Below, one piece after another: positions 1-10,658 of a DNA stretch of 64,000 nucleotides (position 1 is the stretch's first letter; each line of letters starts with the position of its first letter). Made by a program: the position numbers and the translations under genes. The notes beneath the pieces were generated by a model, which did no database searches, was not told the DNA's origin, and saw only the letters and a list, made by a program, of their open reading frames with translations. Source of the DNA: Planctomycetota bacterium (lineage in GTDB: Bacteria > Planctomycetota > MHYJ01 > WSZJ01); NCBI GenBank assembly GCA_038060895.1, contig JBBTCT010000018.1, positions 32,001-96,000 of the forward strand. The letters run 5' to 3'.

Positions 1-372
1 AGGCGCGTAGACCGGGACACGGGTTGCGGAATGAAAGGCAGGCCCGCCGTCGATCGGGTCTCCGAGCGCGTTCACGACCCGCCCGAGGAGTTCGGGTCCG
101 GCCGGAACGGTCGCGCCGCCCGGAACTGCGACGACGGCGTCGTGGCGGCGCAATCCGCGCGTCTCGCCCAGCGGCATGAGAAGAGCCCGGTCCTCGCGGA
201 ACCCGACGCACTCCGCCCGGACGCGCTCCGCGCCGACTTCGCAGACCGCTCCCACCGGGACCGCGATCCCTTCCGCTTCGATCACGAGCCCCACGACCCG
301 CGCCACTCGTCCCGTGAGAAGAACAGGGGAGCTGTCGAAGAGACGGTCGGCCGCGGTGTCGAGGAAGTTCAC
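1..372 (-). CDS. fliI: Flagellar export ATPase FliI, N-terminal part (runs off window)
   Basis: Manual translation from GTG at 372: ...LTGRVARVVGLVIEAEG...AECVGFREDRALLMPLGE...GPELLGRVVNALGDPIDG; overlaps fliH stop (GTGA). Confidence 0.9.
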   Translation of the reverse strand, partial: MNFLDTAADRLFDSSPVLLTGRVARVVGLVIEAEGIAVPVGAVCEVGAERVRAECVGFREDRALLMPLGETRGLRRHDAVVAVPGGATVPAGPELLGRVVNALGDPIDGGPAFHSATRVPVYAP

Positions 373-1079
373 GACCGTTCACCCAGCAGCAGCCGTTCGA
401 TCTGGGCCAGCTGCTCCGCGATTCCTGCGTCGGAGGATCCCTCGGCCCAGGACACCTTCGCGCCTCCGCGGCCGACCGCTTCGTCTTCGACGACGCGGAC
501 GACTTCCAGGCCGTCGAAGCGCTCCGCCAGCTCGGGCGCGAACTGGTCCATCAACACCCGGTCGGCCGGGTGCACCCGGATTTCCAGGCCGCCGCGCCGC
601 GCCGCAAGCGCGATCGCCGCCGCCACGTTTCCCCGCACGATCGATTCGTCGAGCGCCACTTCGCGCTTCACCACGGTCCGCGCAATCGCCAGCGCCAGCT
701 TGATCACGCCTGCTTCGGCGTCGGTCGTTGCCCGGCGGACCGCGTCCTCGAGTGCCGGGCCGAGCTGGCCGAGAAGCGACGCCACGCGGGCCTCGCCGGG
801 CGAAAGCCGGCCTTGCGCATCCGCGAGCGCGGCGAGCCGCGACTCGGCACGCCCCTTTTCGATGCCCTGCTCACGCCCCGCGGCGACGCCGCGCTCCAGC
901 GCCGCGGCGCGCTCCGCGTCCGCCAACTTGACGATCCGGGTGGCTTCTTCCTTCGCTCCCCGGATGATCGCGTCGGCCTTCTTCCTGGCCTCCTCGATTT
1001 GCGCGGAGGCCTCGGCTTCCAGGTCGCGGATCTGGAAGGGGGAGGGGGAAGAGCCGGTCTTAGGTTTGAAAATTCCCAT
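369..1079 (-). CDS. fliH: Flagellar assembly protein FliH
   Basis: GxxxG repeats (GVAAGREQGIEKG), IRVHPAD, VGRGGAKV; between fliG and fliI. Confidence 0.9.
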   Translation of the reverse strand: MGIFKPKTGSSPSPFQIRDLEAEASAQIEEARKKADAIIRGAKEEATRIVKLADAERAAALERGVAAGREQGIEKGRAESRLAALADAQGRLSPGEARVASLLGQLGPALEDAVRRATTDAEAGVIKLALAIARTVVKREVALDESIVRGNVAAAIALAARRGGLEIRVHPADRVLMDQFAPELAERFDGLEVVRVVEDEAVGRGGAKVSWAEGSSDAGIAEQLAQIERLLLGERS

Positions 1080-1094
1080 GGTTTTGGGGGACGG

Positions 1095-2114
1095 TTACAC
1101 GACGATCTGCGAGCTCCCGCGGCCCTCTATGACGATGTCGCCCAGGTCCTCGTACTTGCGGACGACTTCGACGATTCCCTGCTGCGCCGCTTCCACATCG
1201 GACAGCCGCTGCGGGCCCAGGTACTCCATCTCCTCGCGCAGGAGGTCCTGCGCGCGCTTCGACATGTTTCTGAAGAACTTGTCCTTGAGGTCGTCGTCTG
1301 CCACCTTGAGCGCAAGCCCGAGCTGGCCGGTTTCGATGTCCTTGAGGATGATCTGGATCCCGTGGTCGTCGATCCGCTTGATGTCCTCGAACACGAACAT
1401 CAGCTTGCGGATCCGGTCCACCATCTGCGGGTCTTCTTCCTCGAGCGAATCGAGGATTGAGCGTTCCGTGGAGCGGTCGGTGAGATTGAGGATGGTGGCG
1501 ACGGACTTGACGCCGCCGGCGCGTCGAAGGTCTTCCGCGAAGAGCGAGGACAGGCGCTTTTCGAGCGCGCCCTCGACCTGGGCGATGACTTCGGGGCTGG
1601 TGACTTCCATCTGCGAGACGCGGCGGACGACCTCGATCTGGCGCTGCTGGGGGAGGCCCTGCAGGATCTCCGCAGCCTGGTGGGCCGGGAGGTAGCTGAG
1701 GATCAGCGCGACCGTCTGGGGGTGCTCGTCCGACAGGAACGTCGAGAGGTTCTGCGGGTCCGCCTTGCGCAGGAACCCGAAGGGCGTCGATCGCGTCGCC
1801 GCCTCGATCGTCTCAACGATTTTCTTCGCTTCGTCCGGATGCAGCACCCGGGAGAGCAGGTCGCGCGCCGCGGGAAGCCCGCCCTGCGCCGTCACGTCCA
1901 GCTGCATCGTGTTGCGCAGGAAGTCCTCGAGCACCTGGTCGCGCTCCTCGCGCGTCACGCCTTCGAGCTTCGCGATCTCAACCGAGACTTCGCGGAGCAT
2001 TTCCTTGTCCATCTCCCCGAGGATTTTCGCCGCGAGGTCAGGATCGATGGACACCAGCAGCACCGCACTCTTGCGGATGCCCGACTGTTCCAGCGCTTTA
2101 GCGGGACTCATCAC
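1095..2114 (-). CDS. fliG: Flagellar motor switch protein FliG
   Basis: EHPQTVALILSYL, GGVKSVATILN, MFVFEDI, NMSKRA motifs. Confidence 0.97.
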   Translation of the reverse strand: MMSPAKALEQSGIRKSAVLLVSIDPDLAAKILGEMDKEMLREVSVEIAKLEGVTREERDQVLEDFLRNTMQLDVTAQGGLPAARDLLSRVLHPDEAKKIVETIEAATRSTPFGFLRKADPQNLSTFLSDEHPQTVALILSYLPAHQAAEILQGLPQQRQIEVVRRVSQMEVTSPEVIAQVEGALEKRLSSLFAEDLRRAGGVKSVATILNLTDRSTERSILDSLEEEDPQMVDRIRKLMFVFEDIKRIDDHGIQIILKDIETGQLGLALKVADDDLKDKFFRNMSKRAQDLLREEMEYLGPQRLSDVEAAQQGIVEVVRKYEDLGDIVIEGRGSSQIVV

Positions 2115-3703
2115 TCACCTCGCACAATCCAGTTTCGGATCAGGTTCGCGCCGGCCTGCGGGTTCCTGCGCATCAGATCGGTCACTTTTTCCTGAAGGCG
2201 GGCGCTCCGGAGATCGGCCGCCGCCGTCGCCGGGTCGAGCGAAGGTCCTTCCGGCGGGATCGCGAGCTCGGCGCGGACGCGTTCAATCTCCGCGAGAACG
2301 TCCCGCGGGGCCGAAGCGCGCACGATGCGCCAGATGAAGAAGAGACCTGCCAGGACGAGCAGGACCAGCACGGCCTTTTCGCCGTACCGGGTCGCGATGT
2401 CGCGCCACTCGCTCGCGGCGATCGGCGCCACGACGGCCACGGGCTCCGGAAACGTCACCGGGTGCATCTTGATCTGCGCCGCCTCGACACTGCACGCCCG
2501 CGCTACCAGAAGCGTCCAGTCGCGCAGGTTGTTGGCGATGTTCTCCTGCGTCGCTTCGGCCGAGGCCGGCTTCGAACCGTCCGCTCCGAGCGACGCTTCG
2601 GCGTAGGGAACCACCACGGCCAGCGTCACTCCCTTGATCTTGCCGGGAGGCGTCACCGTGTGCGTCTTCTCCGATCCGAACACGTTGTCGAACTCTCGGC
2701 GCGAAGTGGTCTCGTTTCCAGCAACCGTTTCCGGCGAGCCGGGGACCGCGGTGCCGGGTTCGGCGAGGCCGCCGGGTTCGAGGGCGGAAGCGACTCCCGG
2801 GATGCCGCCCACGGCCGACGAGGGCTTTTCAGTCGTCTCCGAGACGCGAAGGGCGGACTCAGGCGCGAGGGCCTTGTTGGTCTCCTTCTCGACGCTTTCC
2901 ATGTCGAGTTCGACCGCCGCCTGCACCGACACCTTCGAGAGGAACGACAGCGCGTCCTTCGCCTTCTTCGCCGCGAACTCCTCGTGTTCCTTCTTGAGCT
3001 GAAGCGCCGTCCCCGCCAGCACGTGCGGCTGCCGCGGATCGGGGACCTCGTACGAGTTCATCGCCGTGTCCGTGATGATCACCGCTTCCGGCGCCAGGTT
3101 CGGGATGCTCGCCGCCACCATCTCGGCGATCGCCCGGCCGTTCACGTCCCCGGGCGTCCGGCCACGCTTCAGCTTGAGATGCACGCTCGCCTTCGCCGGC
3201 CGCGCGTTGATCGTCGTCTCCGGGTCTTCCCCCGGTGCGATCTGCACCGCGGCCGCTTCGACGGCGTCCATGGAAGCGATCGCGCCTTCGAGCCTGCGGC
3301 GAAGGGTGTCCGTCCACTGCAGCCGCTGGCGCGCTTCGGTCGTGGTCCACACGTCCTGCGTCCAGAGCCACTCGAACTGGTTCTTGCCCTGGGGGAGGAT
3401 GCCGTCGCCGTAGAGCTGGACGAAGAGCTCGTCGCGCTTTTCCGGGGGCACCATGACGATGCCGTTCTCCAGCTTATACGGGACGGCTTTGGCTTTGAGG
3501 GACTCGAGCACGGCCGCGGTCACGTCGGCGGGCGAACCGGCGGGCGTCAGGGGCACCATCGACCGTCCGGGCGCGGCCGCGAAGATCAGGAAGAAGGCGG
3601 CGACGACAACGAGCGCGAGCAGCGCGAGCGAGACGCGCTGGGCACCGGAGAGTTTCGCGAGGAACTCCTGGACCCGTTTGAGCTGCTCTCGAAGAACGTC
3701 CAT
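2111..3703 (-). CDS. fliF: Flagellar MS-ring protein FliF
   Basis: Two TM segments, AKASVHLKL, VAASIPNL..EAVIITD, C-terminal NPQAGANLIRNWI; upstream of fliG. Confidence 0.9.
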   Translation of the reverse strand: MDVLREQLKRVQEFLAKLSGAQRVSLALLALVVVAAFFLIFAAAPGRSMVPLTPAGSPADVTAAVLESLKAKAVPYKLENGIVMVPPEKRDELFVQLYGDGILPQGKNQFEWLWTQDVWTTTEARQRLQWTDTLRRRLEGAIASMDAVEAAAVQIAPGEDPETTINARPAKASVHLKLKRGRTPGDVNGRAIAEMVAASIPNLAPEAVIITDTAMNSYEVPDPRQPHVLAGTALQLKKEHEEFAAKKAKDALSFLSKVSVQAAVELDMESVEKETNKALAPESALRVSETTEKPSSAVGGIPGVASALEPGGLAEPGTAVPGSPETVAGNETTSRREFDNVFGSEKTHTVTPPGKIKGVTLAVVVPYAEASLGADGSKPASAEATQENIANNLRDWTLLVARACSVEAAQIKMHPVTFPEPVAVVAPIAASEWRDIATRYGEKAVLVLLVLAGLFFIWRIVRASAPRDVLAEIERVRAELAIPPEGPSLDPATAAADLRSARLQEKVTDLMRRNPQAGANLIRNWIVRGE

Positions 3704-3750
3704 GGCTGCTCCGTGTTAGGAGGGTGGCTTGTGCGGCTTTTTGAATCTTG

Positions 3751-3836
3751 GGTCTAAGGTCGAAGGTCGAAAGTCGAAGGGAACTGCCTCGAATTACGCT
3801 GATTTCCTTCGACCTTCGACCTTTGACATTCGACCC
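3751..3836. repeat. Inverted tandem heptamer repeat (GGTCGAA)x4 ... (TTCGACC)x4
   Basis: Read directly in the fliE-fliF gap. Confidence 0.85.
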
Positions 3837-3854
3837 TTCCCGGAAACGGTGTTC

Positions 3855-4157
3855 CTAGATCCGCATCCGCTGGATTTCCTCGTACGCATCAACAAGCTTG
3901 TTCCTGATCTGCATCAGCGCTTCGAACGCCAGCTCGGCCTTGCGGACTGCGGTGAAGACGCCCGCCACGTCATCCGTCTTTCCCGTCGCGAGCGCGGCCT
4001 GCGCCGAGTCCGCTTCCTTCTGGAGCGCGTTGACCTTCTCCATCGATTCCTTCAGGACGTCCTTGAACGCCTTCTCGGGAGCTTCCGCCTGCCCGGCCAG
4101 CTTCGGCCCCTCGGGTCGGATCGGCTGCGGCCCGATCGGCAGAATGAAATCGCTCAT
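3855..4157 (-). CDS. fliE: Hook-basal body protein FliE
   Basis: KAELAFEALMQIRNKLVDAYEEIQRMRI. Confidence 0.96.
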   Translation of the reverse strand: MSDFILPIGPQPIRPEGPKLAGQAEAPEKAFKDVLKESMEKVNALQKEADSAQAALATGKTDDVAGVFTAVRKAELAFEALMQIRNKLVDAYEEIQRMRI

Positions 4158-4558
4158 GCGAGGATCCTCAGGGCCGCGTTGAACAGACCCTTGGTGGCGT
4201 CCATCGCGGTGACGTTGAGTTCGTAGGCCCGGGTCGCGTCCATGAGATTGACCATCTCGACGACCGGGTTGACGTTGGGCATCTGCACGAAGCCTTCTGA
4301 GTTCGCGTCCGGGTGGCCCGGGTCGTGTTCCATCCGGAAAGGAGAAGAGTCGTTGACGATCCTCTCGACGTGCACGCCTGCGACTCCTGGCTGTCCCTTG
4401 GCGCCGACGCGGAATACCACGTCCTGCCGGCGATAGGGACTCACGCGGCCGTGCGCATCGCGCGTCGTGTGGGCGTTCGCGAGGTTGTTCGCGATGACTT
4501 CCGTGCGCATCCGCTGGGCGACGAGCGCGCTGGCCGAAACGTCGAGGGCGTTGAGCAT
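4154..4558 (-). CDS. flgC: Basal body rod protein FlgC
   Basis: ANNLANAHTTR, PYRRQ, DPGHPDA, MPNVNPVVEMVNL..ATRAYE. Confidence 0.97.
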   Translation of the reverse strand: MLNALDVSASALVAQRMRTEVIANNLANAHTTRDAHGRVSPYRRQDVVFRVGAKGQPGVAGVHVERIVNDSSPFRMEHDPGHPDANSEGFVQMPNVNPVVEMVNLMDATRAYELNVTAMDATKGLFNAALRILA

Positions 4559-4561
4559 GGT

Positions 4562-4990
4562 TTAGGGGCGCTCCCTGATGGCGGACTCGATGAGGTCGAA
4601 CTGCCGCGACAGCAGCTGCGTCAGCGCGGTGTAGAAGGCCGCGTTCTTCGCCATCTTCGCGGCCTCGACTTCTGCAACGACGTCGTTGCCGTCATGTCCG
4701 GGGATGCCCCCCGTGGGGATCGGCGACAGCGTGCGGAGGATGGAGAAATCGCTGCCGGAAGCGAACGCCGGCTGCGCCGGCATGCCGCCGAGCACGACGG
4801 GCTGGGTCGCGCGACCGGCGTCGGTCGCCCTGCGAAGCGCCGCCTGGAACTCATCGACCGGGAGGTCCTGCCCCCGGAATCCCGGCGTGCTCGCATTCGC
4901 GATGTTGTTGAGGATCACTTCATGGCGCTTCCACGAGAAGGCAAGGGCCGACTCGAGGGTGGGAATGGCGCCGGCGCTCGTGACGTCCAT
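4562..4990 (-). CDS. flgB: Basal body rod protein FlgB
   Basis: RHEVILNNIANASTPGF, DGNDV..E; start refined to ATG at 4990. Confidence 0.92.
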   Translation of the reverse strand: MDVTSAGAIPTLESALAFSWKRHEVILNNIANASTPGFRGQDLPVDEFQAALRRATDAGRATQPVVLGGMPAQPAFASGSDFSILRTLSPIPTGGIPGHDGNDVVAEVEAAKMAKNAAFYTALTQLLSRQFDLIESAIRERP

Positions 4991-5044
4991 CTTTCCTGTT
5001 TCCTCAACGTGGGCGGTGTCTAGACGGATTCCCGACCCAAAGAA

Positions 5045-5191
5045 AGCAAACCCGGGGCCGGGGGGGTGGTATTCCTGGACTCGCTTCAACTTCTTTAAGA
5101 ACAAGTACTTACAGATGAAGCGTCTGGACTGCCACCCGGCGGGGGTTTCCCTGCTTCTAGTTTCGGCAAGAACCGCCGGCGAAATTTGCCG
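5045..5191 (-). promoter_or_regulatory. Putative sigma54 promoter of flgB operon with IHF-like site and upstream activator sites
   Basis: Minus strand CGGCCCCGGGTTTGCT (GG-N10-GC) at 5060-5045; AT-rich site 5088-5112; two overlapping CGGC-N7-GCCG dyads 5164-5178 and 5177-5191. Confidence 0.6.
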
Positions 5192-5304
5192 GAATCCCGC
5201 GGGAAAGGTTCGTCATTCGGCCTCCCATCGAATGCCGAACTCTGCTCGCGAGAGTGGCCGCACTTCGGGGGTCCGAGTCTCACAGGGCTATACTCGCGGG
5301 CCAG

Positions 5305-8300
5305 ATGTCGGACATTCCCCGAACCTTGACCACCCGCGATCGCGCTCTGGCCGAGCTGGTCCGCTTGCGCGGGTGGGCCGATGAAGCCGCGATCCAGCGC
5401 GCGATCCAGGAAGCGTCGAGCGCCGCCGGGGCGCGCGACCTGGGCGCCATCCTTGCGGCTTCGGGCGTCCTCACTCCGAACCAACTCCGGGAACTCGAAG
5501 CCGCGATGGACGGCCGACCCTCCGGCGCCCAGGGCTCCGGATCCTCCTCCGCGCTGGACCGCACCGTGGCGAAATCCGACGCCGGCGTGACCATCGCCGC
5601 CGCTTCCGGCCGGAAGGTCGGCGATACCGTGGGGCCCTATCGCATTCTGCGCGAGCTCGGCCGCGGCGGGATGGGCGTCGTCTACCGCGCGCTCCAGCCT
5701 GAGTTGCGCCGGGAGGTCGCCCTCAAAGTCATGCTCTCCGGCGGCGACGAAAGCAGCTCTGACGTCGAGCGCTTTCGCCGCGAGGCCGCCGTCGTCGCCA
5801 GGATGGGCCGTCACCCGAGCCTCGTCCAGATCCACGACATCGGCCGCGACGGCGAGCGGCTCTATTTCACGATGGACTTCATCGAAGGGCGGTCACTGAA
5901 ACAGAGGATTGCCGAAGAAGGGCCGCTCTCCGGACGCGAGGCCGCGCGGATTGCCGCCGATCTTGCCTCCGCGCTCGCCTTTTCCCACGCGGCTGGCGTC
6001 GTGCATCGCGACGTGAAGCCGGCGAACGTGCTGATGGACCGCGAAGAGCGGGCTTTCCTCGGCGATTTCGGACTGGCGCGCGACCTGTCGAGCAGCGTCG
6101 CGCTCACGCAGAGCGGCGCGCCGATCGGGACGCCGGCTTACATGAGCCCGGAGCAGGCTGAAGGCCGGGCTTCGCGCATCACGCCGCTGTCCGACGTCTA
6201 CTCCCTAGGCGCGACCCTCTACGAGATGCTCACCGGCCGCCCGCCGTTCGACGGCGAGTCGCAGATGGACATCATCCGGCAGGTCCTCGAGAGGGACCCC
6301 GTCCCGCCGCGTTCGCTTCGTCCGGAGATTCATCGCGATCTCGACGTCATCTGCCTGAAGGCGATGCACAAGGTACCCGCCCGGCGATACGAGTCGGCGG
6401 CCGCGCTTGAGGCAGACCTGCGCCGCTTCCTGAACAACGACCCGATCCTCGCGCGCCCTCCCGGTTTTGGGGAAAAGCTCGTTTCGCGCGCCCGCCGCCA
6501 CCGCGTCGCGCTGGCCGCCGCGGCTTGCGTTCTCTTCGCCGGTGCAGGATTCGGCGGGTGGGCCGCATGGCGGGTGAAGAAGCGCGACGACGCCGAGAGC
6601 GACCGCGCCCGGACTCAGCGAGCGAAACAGGATGAGTACGCCCGGCGACAAAGCGAGGTGACGCCCCTGCTCATCGAGGGGAAAGACCTCATGACCCGCT
6701 GGGACGACGCGCGAAAGGTCGGCGATTGGCGCGGCCGCAACCGCTTCGCCGCCGCCGCGATCGCGACCCTGACCAGGGCCGCGGAGATCTTCCCCGAAGG
6801 CGCCGAAGTCCATTTCCAGCTCGGGATGGCCCTTCGCCGCGGGGGGTGGCATGAGAAGGCCCTCGCCTCCCTCGAGCGTGCCGTCTCCATCGACCCGCTT
6901 CATACCCTGGCCTGGTTCGAACATGGAGACATCACGGAGAGCCGCCTCCGCGAAGTTCGCGGCTCCCTGGTGCGAACCGGGATCGTCGCGATCCAGGGAA
7001 GCCAGGGATTCGTCCCCACCGGCATGAACAGGACGTTGATGTTCAGGAAAGAGGCCGGCGAGGGAGATGCCCCGCGCCTGCTTGAAACGGCGAAACGGGA
7101 CTTCCGCCGGACCCTCGAAACGGGCGCCGGCGCCGAACGGGCCGCCTACGGCCGCGCGATGCTCGCGTTCTACGCGGATCGCTTCGACGAGGCCCTCCGT
7201 GAGCTCGACGCCGCACTCGCCGCCAATCCCTACTTCACCGATGCGCTCGAAGCGCGCGCGTCGATCCTCGAGTTCTCGACGCGCGACATGGCGCGCGGGA
7301 TCGCCGACCGGGAAGCGATCCACCGCCTGGAACCCTACAACCCCTGGTATACGAACGAGCTCGCACTTTCTTTTCAGATGGCCGGCCGGGACAAGGAAGC
7401 GCTGGCGCTGGTCGCCGAGGCGGTCCTCAACTGCGACCACCCCGACGTCCTGACACGCGGCGCCTCGATCCGCTTCTCATCCGGCGACTACGATGGATGC
7501 CTGGAACTGGCGAAGCGCGCGCTGGCGACGAGGGAGGGAAGCCGTGCCGGCCGGGCCGATGCGGCGATCTACGTTCCCTACGTGGCGATGATGAGGCGCG
7601 AATTCGACGCCGCGCTTCGCGGGGTGGACGAGCTGGAGGGCGACCTGGGGCCCGATTTCGCGGGCGCGATGCGGGGGGAGATCCAGATGGCCCGCGGGGA
7701 CATGGGCGCTTCGGCCCGGGCGTTCCGAGGCATCACGCCGGGAAGCTATGTCGAGCAGGTCGAGTCGCTCGGGGCCGCCTTCGCAGAGTGGTGGTGCGGC
7801 AATCTCGATCGCGCGCGTCCCCTCTCCGAGACCGCCGTCCGGATGCGCGTCCTCCCGGCGGCGCCCGTCATCCGGGGAATCGTGCGAATGGACCAGGGCG
7901 ATCTTGCCGGCGCCCTCGGAGATTTCGAGACCGTCCGCCGCGACGAGCCGGCGCTCAACGTCAACTACTCAAACCTCGCCGGCGCACGCTTCCTGACGGG
8001 CGACTACACGGGCGCGATCACGGCGCTCGAAGAGGCCGTTTCGACGACGCTGACGTCGCCGGAGCAGAAGGAGGCCGTGAAGCGGTTTTTCGAGCCGCTG
8101 GCGAAACGCGCGGGCGCGGCGAAGTCACCGGCGGAGGCGGCGAAGGTCGTGGAAGGGATCGCGGGACTCCTCGTACTCGCGGGCGCCCAGGCGACCGACG
8201 AGACGATGCGCGCCGGGGTTCGTGAGGCGCAGCGCGGCGTGTTCTACATCCTGCAGGCGTTTTACATTCACCACGAAATGTGGAAGGAAGCGATCGGGGC

Positions 8301-8520
8301 AGGTGAGCGGATCGGGAGAATCACGAAGAGCGGAAGCGCGATGTACAAAGACGCCGTCGCCCGGGCGCGGGGAGGCCGGAAGCCGGAATCGGTGCTGAAG
8401 TCCCTGGAATCCGCCCTGGAGGCTGGCTTCGATGACGGAAAGCGGGTTGACGGCGAGAAGGCCTTCGATGCCCTGAGAAACGACGACGCCTTCAAAATCC
8501 TGCGCTCCCGCTGCCGGTAG
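5305..8520 (+). CDS. Hanks-type Ser/Thr kinase with TM helix and TPR-rich C-terminus
   Basis: LGRGGMGVVY, VALKV, HRDVKPANV, DFGLA, GTPAYMSPEQ, DVYSLG; TM segment then TPR-like repeats. Confidence 0.93.
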   Translation: MSDIPRTLTTRDRALAELVRLRGWADEAAIQRAIQEASSAAGARDLGAILAASGVLTPNQLRELEAAMDGRPSGAQGSGSSSALDRTVAKSDAGVTIAAASGRKVGDTVGPYRILRELGRGGMGVVYRALQPELRREVALKVMLSGGDESSSDVERFRREAAVVARMGRHPSLVQIHDIGRDGERLYFTMDFIEGRSLKQRIAEEGPLSGREAARIAADLASALAFSHAAGVVHRDVKPANVLMDREERAFLGDFGLARDLSSSVALTQSGAPIGTPAYMSPEQAEGRASRITPLSDVYSLGATLYEMLTGRPPFDGESQMDIIRQVLERDPVPPRSLRPEIHRDLDVICLKAMHKVPARRYESAAALEADLRRFLNNDPILARPPGFGEKLVSRARRHRVALAAAACVLFAGAGFGGWAAWRVKKRDDAESDRARTQRAKQDEYARRQSEVTPLLIEGKDLMTRWDDARKVGDWRGRNRFAAAAIATLTRAAEIFPEGAEVHFQLGMALRRGGWHEKALASLERAVSIDPLHTLAWFEHGDITESRLREVRGSLVRTGIVAIQGSQGFVPTGMNRTLMFRKEAGEGDAPRLLETAKRDFRRTLETGAGAERAAYGRAMLAFYADRFDEALRELDAALAANPYFTDALEARASILEFSTRDMARGIADREAIHRLEPYNPWYTNELALSFQMAGRDKEALALVAEAVLNCDHPDVLTRGASIRFSSGDYDGCLELAKRALATREGSRAGRADAAIYVPYVAMMRREFDAALRGVDELEGDLGPDFAGAMRGEIQMARGDMGASARAFRGITPGSYVEQVESLGAAFAEWWCGNLDRARPLSETAVRMRVLPAAPVIRGIVRMDQGDLAGALGDFETVRRDEPALNVNYSNLAGARFLTGDYTGAITALEEAVSTTLTSPEQKEAVKRFFEPLAKRAGAAKSPAEAAKVVEGIAGLLVLAGAQATDETMRAGVREAQRGVFYILQAFYIHHEMWKEAIGAGERIGRITKSGSAMYKDAVARARGGRKPESVLKSLESALEAGFDDGKRVDGEKAFDALRNDDAFKILRSRCR

Positions 8521-9834
8521 CTAAAGACCCCACTTCTTGATCTTGTCGCGCAACGTGCGCTCTGCAATCTGCAACGCGGCGGAGGTCCGCTGGCGATTGC
8601 CGCCGTGCGATTGGAGCGCCGCCGCGATGGCGCGCTTCTCGATTTCCTCCATGGTCAGTCCTTCGAATGCCGAAACGGGCGCCGGCGATGCGGCCGAGGC
8701 GGACGCCGGCGCGATGAGCCACGGCGCGATATCGGCGGCGCGGATCGTGTCCGCGGCGACGAGGACGCAGGCGCGTTCGAGGATATTGAAGAGCTCGCGG
8801 ATGTTGCCGGGCCAGCGGTAGTGACGCAGCGCGTCAACAGCATCGGCCGCCAGTTTTTTCCGGCCGCGCAGGAAGTGTGCGCAGAGCGCCTCCAGGTCGT
8901 CGAGCCGCTCGCGCAGCGGGGATACTTTCACCGGCACGACGTTGAGGCGGAAAAAGAGATCTTCGCGGAAGCGGCCCTTTTCGATTTCAGCGCGCAGATC
9001 GCGATTCGTGGTCGCGAGGACGCGGACGTCGGCGCGGCGGGCGATCGAGGAGCCGACGCGCTCAAACACGCGCTCCTGCAGGACGCGCAGCAGTTTCGCC
9101 TGGAGGTTCGTGTCAATCTCGGAGACTTCGTCCAGAAGCAGGGTCCCGCCTTCCGCCAGCTCGAAGCGGCCTTTGCGCTGCCGGTCTGCGCCCGTGAAAG
9201 CCCCCTTCTCGTGCCCGAACAGTTCGCTTTCGAGCAGTCCCGCCGACAGAGCGGCGCAATTCACCGCGAGGAACGGCCCCGCCGCGCGCGCCGAATCGGC
9301 GTGGATCGCGCGCGCCACGACTTCCTTCCCCGACCCCGTCTCCCCCAGGATCAGAACCGTCGCTTCCGTCGCCGCGATCCGCTTCAGTTCCTCCCGCATC
9401 CCCTTCAGCCCCACCAGCGCCGGACGCTCGCCGGCCACCTGCGCCCGCAGCGCCTCGTTTTCGCGCGACAGCCGGCCGTGCTCGAGCGCCCTTTTCGCCA
9501 GCAGCTCGAGTTCCTGCGCCTTGAATGGTTTCTGGATGAAGTGAAAGGCGCCGAGGCGCATGGCCTCCACCGCAGTTTCGATCGTGCCGTAGGCGGTCAT
9601 GACGATGACGGGAATGCCGGGGTGCAGCTTCTGCAACTCCGCCAGCACCTCCAGCCCGCTCATCGGGGCCATCTTGAGGTCGGTGATCGCGAGCTCCGGC
9701 GCCCACCGGCGCGCCTCCTCGATCGCCGCCGGGCCCTCGGAGAACGCCTTCACCTCGTGGCCCCCGCGCGACAGCGCTTCCGTGACCGATTCGCGCATGA
9801 TCGGCGTGTCTTCGATGAGCAGGACGCGGCTCAT
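8521..9834 (-). CDS. Sigma54-dependent response regulator (REC-AAA+-Fis HTH; FleR/FlgR-like)
   Basis: Start MSRVLLIED; [34 protein letters not shown]. Confidence 0.93.
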   Translation of the reverse strand: MSRVLLIEDTPIMRESVTEALSRGGHEVKAFSEGPAAIEEARRWAPELAITDLKMAPMSGLEVLAELQKLHPGIPVIVMTAYGTIETAVEAMRLGAFHFIQKPFKAQELELLAKRALEHGRLSRENEALRAQVAGERPALVGLKGMREELKRIAATEATVLILGETGSGKEVVARAIHADSARAAGPFLAVNCAALSAGLLESELFGHEKGAFTGADRQRKGRFELAEGGTLLLDEVSEIDTNLQAKLLRVLQERVFERVGSSIARRADVRVLATTNRDLRAEIEKGRFREDLFFRLNVVPVKVSPLRERLDDLEALCAHFLRGRKKLAADAVDALRHYRWPGNIRELFNILERACVLVAADTIRAADIAPWLIAPASASAASPAPVSAFEGLTMEEIEKRAIAAALQSHGGNRQRTSAALQIAERTLRDKIKKWGL

Positions 9835-10655
9835 GGGGCCTCCGGAAGGTCGATGGTGAAGACGGCGCCGCCGCCGGCGTGGTTCGCGCCGGCAATGGTG
9901 CCGCCGTGAGCCTCGACGATGCGGTGAGCGATGGCAAGCCCGAGACCGGTGCCGCGCGAGCGCGACGTGTAGAACGGCGTGAACATCTTCGGCAGCGCAT
10001 CCGCCGAAATGCCGGGGCCGTTGTCGCGGAGGGTGATGCGGAGGCGGCCCGCGCTGCGGGAAACGGCGACTTCGATGCGGCCGCCCTCGGGGGCGGCCTG
10101 GGAGGCGTTGACGGCGATGTTGGCGAATACGCGCGTGAGAAGGGAAGGGTCGGCATGGAGAGGGAGGGGGCGGGCGAAGCTGCGGACCACCGAGATCTTC
10201 TTTTCGGCCAGCGCGCGCTCGGCAGCGAGAAGCGCGTCTTCGATCACCTCGGCCAGGTCGCAAGCCCGCCGCTGAGGCTGGATGTCGCGCGCGAAATCGA
10301 GCATGTCCTCGACCAGGCGGTCCAGGCCGCGCATGCCGCGCATCATCTTGTCCAGCGTGACGCGCGCTTCGCCGCCCGCCGGCAGATCCTCCTCGAGGAT
10401 CGAAGCCCACATCTGGATTCCGCCCAGGGGATTGCGGATTTCGTGGGCAAGGCAGGCCGCCATTTCACCGATCAGGGCGAGGCGGTTCTTGCGCGCAAGT
10501 TCCCGGTTCTTCTCCTCGAGCTCGCGCGTGAGCTCCGCGACGCGCGATTGAAGCGCGTCGTGAGAACCCTTGAGGCGCTCGGACGTCTCGTTGAAGGAGC
10601 GCATGAGCTCCATCAACGCGGCAACATCGGGTTTCTCGGTCAGTTTGTCCGGCAT
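9831..10655 (-). CDS. Cytoplasmic histidine kinase (FleS/FlgS-like)
   Basis: AHEIRNPL H-box, N box, DNGPG, GTGLGL; no TM. Confidence 0.92.
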   Translation of the reverse strand: MPDKLTEKPDVAALMELMRSFNETSERLKGSHDALQSRVAELTRELEEKNRELARKNRLALIGEMAACLAHEIRNPLGGIQMWASILEEDLPAGGEARVTLDKMMRGMRGLDRLVEDMLDFARDIQPQRRACDLAEVIEDALLAAERALAEKKISVVRSFARPLPLHADPSLLTRVFANIAVNASQAAPEGGRIEVAVSRSAGRLRITLRDNGPGISADALPKMFTPFYTSRSRGTGLGLAIAHRIVEAHGGTIAGANHAGGGAVFTIDLPEAP

Positions 10656-10658
10656 TCT

